From the NCBI GenBank assembly GCA_034670305.1, contig JAXMNT010000043.1:1-62928 (forward strand): a DNA stretch of 62,928 bases, in the 5' to 3' direction. Of the stretch, positions 58,767 through 62,928 are shown in pieces. The notes below the pieces were generated by a model that saw nothing but the letters and a program-made list of their open reading frames with translations, did not search any database and was not told the DNA's origin. Position 1 is the stretch's first letter; each line of letters starts with the position of its first letter. The position numbers were made by a program, and so were the translations under genes. Source of the DNA: Deltaproteobacteria bacterium. GTDB taxonomy: Bacteria; Myxococcota_A; Polyangia; Polyangiales; Houyiibacteriaceae.

Positions 58767-59255
58767 GTGCAACACCTGGGGGAACAGGTTCGGGGGTCGG
58801 CGACGGAGTGGGTGGTCGATTCGGCATCGGGCGGCAACGGCGCCGTTGCGCTCGCGATCCTCGTCGCGTCCGCGCTCGGGCTCGCGGTCTACGCGCACGC
58901 GCATCGAAGGCGTCGTCGCGACACCTTGCGTCGACATGTGCGCGCACAGATCGACGAACGCTACGGGCCTTTGGATGCGTTGCGGGCACGGGCCGAGCGC
59001 GAAGGCCTCCCCGCCGTCCTGGACGACGCGCGCGCCGTCCTTCGACGCACCGAATCGCTGGCACTCACGGCCGGCGAGGGGGACGCGTTGCATGCCGCGA
59101 ACGACGACAGTGGCACCGACGTCTTCGATGCCCTGACCCGGTCGCTCAAGGAATTGCGGACGCGGCATGGCCGCTTGCTGGAGGGGCGCTCGGCCCAAGT
59201 GCCCCCGTCCGGGTCCAACGACCTCCCGGGCGAACGGTTGGGCGGGCCGGAATGA
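58767..59255 (+). CDS. Small hypothetical membrane protein, coupled to the kinase
   Basis: One TM helix followed by an Arg cluster; stop overlaps the kinase start (ATGA); start uncertain. Confidence 0.5.
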   Translation: MQHLGEQVRGSATEWVVDSASGGNGAVALAILVASALGLAVYAHAHRRRRRDTLRRHVRAQIDERYGPLDALRARAEREGLPAVLDDARAVLRRTESLALTAGEGDALHAANDDSGTDVFDALTRSLKELRTRHGRLLEGRSAQVPPSGSNDLPGERLGGPE

Positions 59256-62200
59256 GCGCGGAAGCGCTGTTCTACGCGCCCGGCGAATCGATCGCCGGCT
59301 TTCGCATCCTGGAGATTCTCGGGCGCGGCGGCGTGGGCACGGTGTACGGCGCCGTCTCGCCCGAGGGTCGGCCGGTCGCGCTGAAAGTCGCCCACTCGTC
59401 GGACGGTGTGCTCCACGGCGACTGGCTCCGCCGCGAAGCACGGGTCGCGGCGCGGCTGCGTCACCCGCACATCGTGGAAGTGCTCGGCGTGGGCGAGCTG
59501 CAAGAAGGGGCCGCCTCGCGTCCGTTCTTGGTGCTCGGCCGCGTCCAAGGCGACGCGCTGGAGCGGCTCGCGGATCGACTGAGCTCGGCGGAGATCGCGC
59601 GCCTCGCCGACCAGCTGTTGGATGCGCTTGGGTACGCCCACGACTCGGGCGTGCTGCACCTCGACGTGAGCCCGAACAACATTCTCATTCGGGCCGGAGA
59701 CGGTGCCGCCCTGCTCACGGACTTCGGTCTCTCGTCGCCGCGCGACCGGCGAGAAGGGGAAACCCGAACGCTGATCGCGGGCACGCCCGGGTACATGAGC
59801 CCCGAGCAGGCACTCGGCGCGGGCGGGGTGGGTCCGCGGTCGGACCTCTACGCGCTCGGCGCGGTGCTCTACCGGCTCATCTCGGGGTTCCCTCCGCACA
59901 CCGGTCGCACCGGCCCCGAGATCATCCGGCGCACGCTGAACGACGAAGCCGTGCCCCTGAAAGAACGACCCGGCATCCACCTGGGTGCCGCGGCCTGCGC
60001 AGTCGTGGATGCGTTGTTGAGGCGGGGCGCCGAAGACCGGCCGCCGTGCGCGGCGGTCGCACGCCAGCTGTGGCGAGAGGCCACGGACCACGTGAAGCGT
60101 CCAGCGACGGTGTCGATGGTGGCGCCCACGCCGGCCATTGGCATCACCCGCGCGACCCTGATCGCGACCCAGGCGATGGAACTGCCCGTGGTTCCGGATG
60201 GGCCCACCCGTCCCGGACAGAGCGTACGCACGGCGGTGGTCGCGACGCCTGCCCGCGGCGCGCGCCGACCGTCGCTTCAACCGACGGGCGCGGGTGGTCG
60301 CGAGGCGGTGATCGAGGCGTTGCTGCTGGCCACCGAGGGCAGCCAGATCGTGCGCCTCGTCGGCCCGCGCGGCAGCGGCCGTTCGCACATCTTCGACTGC
60401 CTCCGCCGGTTCCTGCACGAGCGCGACCACGCAGTCGCGTGGTGCACCGGACGACGGGCCACCGACGCGCCGCCGATGGAGACCATCGCCGCGCTGGCGG
60501 TCGACTTGGTCGGGGCATCGGTCGGCCCGCCGTGGGTCGTCGCCGAGAGACTGGCGCTCGCACTCGACACCGTCGGAGGCGGTGCGCTGCGGTTGGGTCG
60601 CGACGCGCTGACCCAAGGCGTGCTCGGCATCACCCGACGCCCACCGCTCGGCGGTGCGCGGCTCGAGACGTTTCGTGCGATGCATCTCCTGCGCCCACCG
60701 GGGCGCCCGCTGACGTTGTTGGTCGACGACGCCGATCGCATCGACGCCGACTCGCTGGAAATTCTACGCGACCTCGCGCGCGGTGGGGTCGGCGTCGTGC
60801 TCGCCAGCTGCTCGGAAGACGCCGCCGACCCGTCCGTCCATGTGCCGGCCCTCTCGATGGACCGGCGACTGGTGCTCGCCGGCGACGAGGCGTTGGCCCA
60901 TTCCGACGCGACTCTGGCCGACCTCGCACTCGCCGGGGGTCTCCGGCAAGGCCAGTCGAAGAGCGCCGAAGCGCGCATCCGACACGCGCTCGACATCATC
61001 GGCTCCGCGGAGCACGACGCACTCGCCATCGCGGCGCTGCTCCATGGAGAAGCGCCGGTTCGTGCACTCGGCGCACTGGGCGGCGCGGCCGGGGTCGACG
61101 CCGTGGATGCGTTGATGGACGTGGGCTGGATCATCCCGGTCGCACACGCAGCTGCGCGCGCCGAGAACTGGTGTCGACTGCGGTCGCCCCTGCTCGAGGC
61201 CTGCATTCGAGACGCGACGCGCGAAGACCGGACCCGCCCGCTCGAAGTCGCGCGCTGGTTCACCCGTCAGTGTTTCGACCAGAGCCTCGGCGTGCTCGAG
61301 ACGGTGGCCGACCTCGCCACCCACGCCGGCGAGGAGAAGTTGGCCGCGTTCGCAGCCGCCGAAGTCGGCCGGCGTGCAGCGACGCTTCACGACCCGAACG
61401 CTCAGCGGTGGATCCAGCGGGCGCTCGACTCGGCCACCGAAGGCACCTCGAGCGCGGTCGACTCTGCGTCGCTGAGGGTCGAACTCGCGCAGCTCCACGC
61501 GCTGGCCGGAGAGACCGAGTCGTGTGAACGCGAGGCCCTTGCCGCGCTCGGTGAACTCGGTGAAGAGCGGCGCTTGCTTCGCGCCCGCGCGCTCGGTTGT
61601 CTCGGTCGCGCGCGGGCGGAGCTCGGCGATCCGGAGGCATCGGTGCAACGGTTCCGGCAAGCAGTGCACGCCGTCGAAGGCAGCGACCCGACGGAGCTCG
61701 CCACCGCCCTCTCCTCGCTCGCGTGGCAGCTCGGCTACGGCATGGGACAGACGGCGGAAGCCATCGCGCTGATGCAGCGCGCCCTCCAGGAAGCCGAACG
61801 CATCGACACCCCACTCTTCCGCGCCCGGCTCTGCGGTCGACTCGGCGCCGTGCAACTGCGCGCGGGCGACTGGGATGGACAGCTCATCACCAACTGGACC
61901 GACCTCGGGCTCTCCATGCTCGCCGGCGACATCTCGGGGGTCGTGCGTGGCCACATCAACATCGGCGTCTGCTTCACCAACCGCGGTCTGTTGACGCTGG
62001 CCCGCGCACACACCGAAGAGGCCGCGTTCCTCGCGGAAGCGCATGGCGGCTGGACGGCCGCACACATCGCGCAGAACAACCTCGCCACCATCGCGTGCGA
62101 CCAACACCGCCACGACGACGCCGTGTTCCATGTCGCGACCGCCAACCGACTCGCCGCACGCCGCGGTGTCTCGCCACTGTGCGAGACCTGGGCGGTGCGG

Positions 62201-62506
62201 GTCCGGCTGTGCATCCGCGCGGGCGACCTCGCGGGCGCCCGCGCCGCATGGACATTGATGCAGGAGTCCGCCCGCGGCGCCGAGCGTCCCCTCTGTGCCC
62301 GGATCGGCGCACTGCTCGAGGACGGAACCGAGAGACTGCAGGCCGCGGTCGCAGAGGGCATCGCCGACCCCTACGACGACGCCGCCACGCGTCTCAGCCT
62401 GGCAGCCCGTCGAGGAGACGAGCCGGCGGAGTCCGCGGCCATCGCCCGACTGATCGAACTCGGCGCCGACCCGGACCTGGAACGCCGCCGCTGGCTCGAA
62501 CCGTAG
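59252..62506 (+). CDS. Ser/Thr kinase with a degenerate P-loop NTPase domain and TPR region
   Basis: [43 protein letters not shown] and LLVDD; C-terminal TPR-like helices. Confidence 0.85.
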   Translation: MSAEALFYAPGESIAGFRILEILGRGGVGTVYGAVSPEGRPVALKVAHSSDGVLHGDWLRREARVAARLRHPHIVEVLGVGELQEGAASRPFLVLGRVQGDALERLADRLSSAEIARLADQLLDALGYAHDSGVLHLDVSPNNILIRAGDGAALLTDFGLSSPRDRREGETRTLIAGTPGYMSPEQALGAGGVGPRSDLYALGAVLYRLISGFPPHTGRTGPEIIRRTLNDEAVPLKERPGIHLGAAACAVVDALLRRGAEDRPPCAAVARQLWREATDHVKRPATVSMVAPTPAIGITRATLIATQAMELPVVPDGPTRPGQSVRTAVVATPARGARRPSLQPTGAGGREAVIEALLLATEGSQIVRLVGPRGSGRSHIFDCLRRFLHERDHAVAWCTGRRATDAPPMETIAALAVDLVGASVGPPWVVAERLALALDTVGGGALRLGRDALTQGVLGITRRPPLGGARLETFRAMHLLRPPGRPLTLLVDDADRIDADSLEILRDLARGGVGVVLASCSEDAADPSVHVPALSMDRRLVLAGDEALAHSDATLADLALAGGLRQGQSKSAEARIRHALDIIGSAEHDALAIAALLHGEAPVRALGALGGAAGVDAVDALMDVGWIIPVAHAAARAENWCRLRSPLLEACIRDATREDRTRPLEVARWFTRQCFDQSLGVLETVADLATHAGEEKLAAFAAAEVGRRAATLHDPNAQRWIQRALDSATEGTSSAVDSASLRVELAQLHALAGETESCEREALAALGELGEERRLLRARALGCLGRARAELGDPEASVQRFRQAVHAVEGSDPTELATALSSLAWQLGYGMGQTAEAIALMQRALQEAERIDTPLFRARLCGRLGAVQLRAGDWDGQLITNWTDLGLSMLAGDISGVVRGHINIGVCFTNRGLLTLARAHTEEAAFLAEAHGGWTAAHIAQNNLATIACDQHRHDDAVFHVATANRLAARRGVSPLCETWAVRVRLCIRAGDLAGARAAWTLMQESARGAERPLCARIGALLEDGTERLQAAVAEGIADPYDDAATRLSLAARRGDEPAESAAIARLIELGADPDLERRRWLEP

Positions 62507-62539
62507 GAAGCGACCGCCGATCGCGGTGAGGTCTGCGGA

Positions 62540-62928
62540 CTGACGCTGCTGCCACTGCCGCTGCCGCTGCCGCTGACGCTGACGCTGACGCTGACCTCTG
62601 CCGCTGACTCTGCTGCTGACTCTGCTGCTGACTCTGCTGCTGACTCCGCTGCTGACTCTGCTGCTGACTCTGCTGCTGACTCTGCTGCTGACTCTGCTGC
62701 TGACTCCGCTGCTGACTCTGCTGCTGACTCTGCTGCTGACTCTGCTGCTGACTCTGCTGCTGACTCTGCTGGCCGAGGCCGAGGCCGAAGCCGAAGCCGA
62801 GGCCGAAGCCGAGGCCGAAGCCGAGGCCGAAGCCGAGGCCGAAGCCGAGGCCGAAGCCGAGGCCGAAGCCGAGGCCGAAGCCGAGGCCGAAGCCGAGGCC
62901 GAAGCCGAGGCCGAAGCCGAGGCCGAAG
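62540..62928 (-). repeat. Composite hexamer array running off the window end
   Basis: (ctgctg actctg)n, then (gccgag gccgaa)n to the last base. Confidence 0.95.

Overview
A very GC-rich (about 70% by eye) chromosomal segment, most likely from a myxobacterium (Myxococcota, Polyangiales/Sandaracinaceae-like). That placement rests on a MYXO-CTERM protein, many Cys-rich lipoproteins and eukaryotic-like Ser/Thr kinases. It holds about 49 CDS and one tRNA-Leu(CAA). Recognisable genes include folB-cupin, corA, bfr/bfd, mlaEF, alr, xth, rph-rdgB, a MoxR/DUF58/SpoIIM/RDD operon, two orphan DNA methyltransferases, a tandem ATP-grasp protein next to a DmpA-type peptidase, a PhaC-like/acyl-CoA synthetase fusion and a permease/FG-GAP/ASPIC fusion. 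No integrase, transposase, CRISPR array or prophage is visible. The most unusual signals are non-coding. (1) About 15 polar hexamer arrays (TCGG-NN core, often ending in a GGGCAC/GGGCAA block) cover about 3.7 kb; one is expanded in frame inside a protein and one follows a four-helix-bundle (Avd/23S-IVP-like) gene. (2) The DNA flanking these arrays shows an orientation-linked C/A versus G/T skew that ignores gene direction. (3) Structured palindromic elements with GCGAAGC-type hairpins occur both between genes and in frame inside proteins. (4) A DnaA-box cluster lies with no dnaA nearby. All calls come from reading motifs by eye; no database searches were run.
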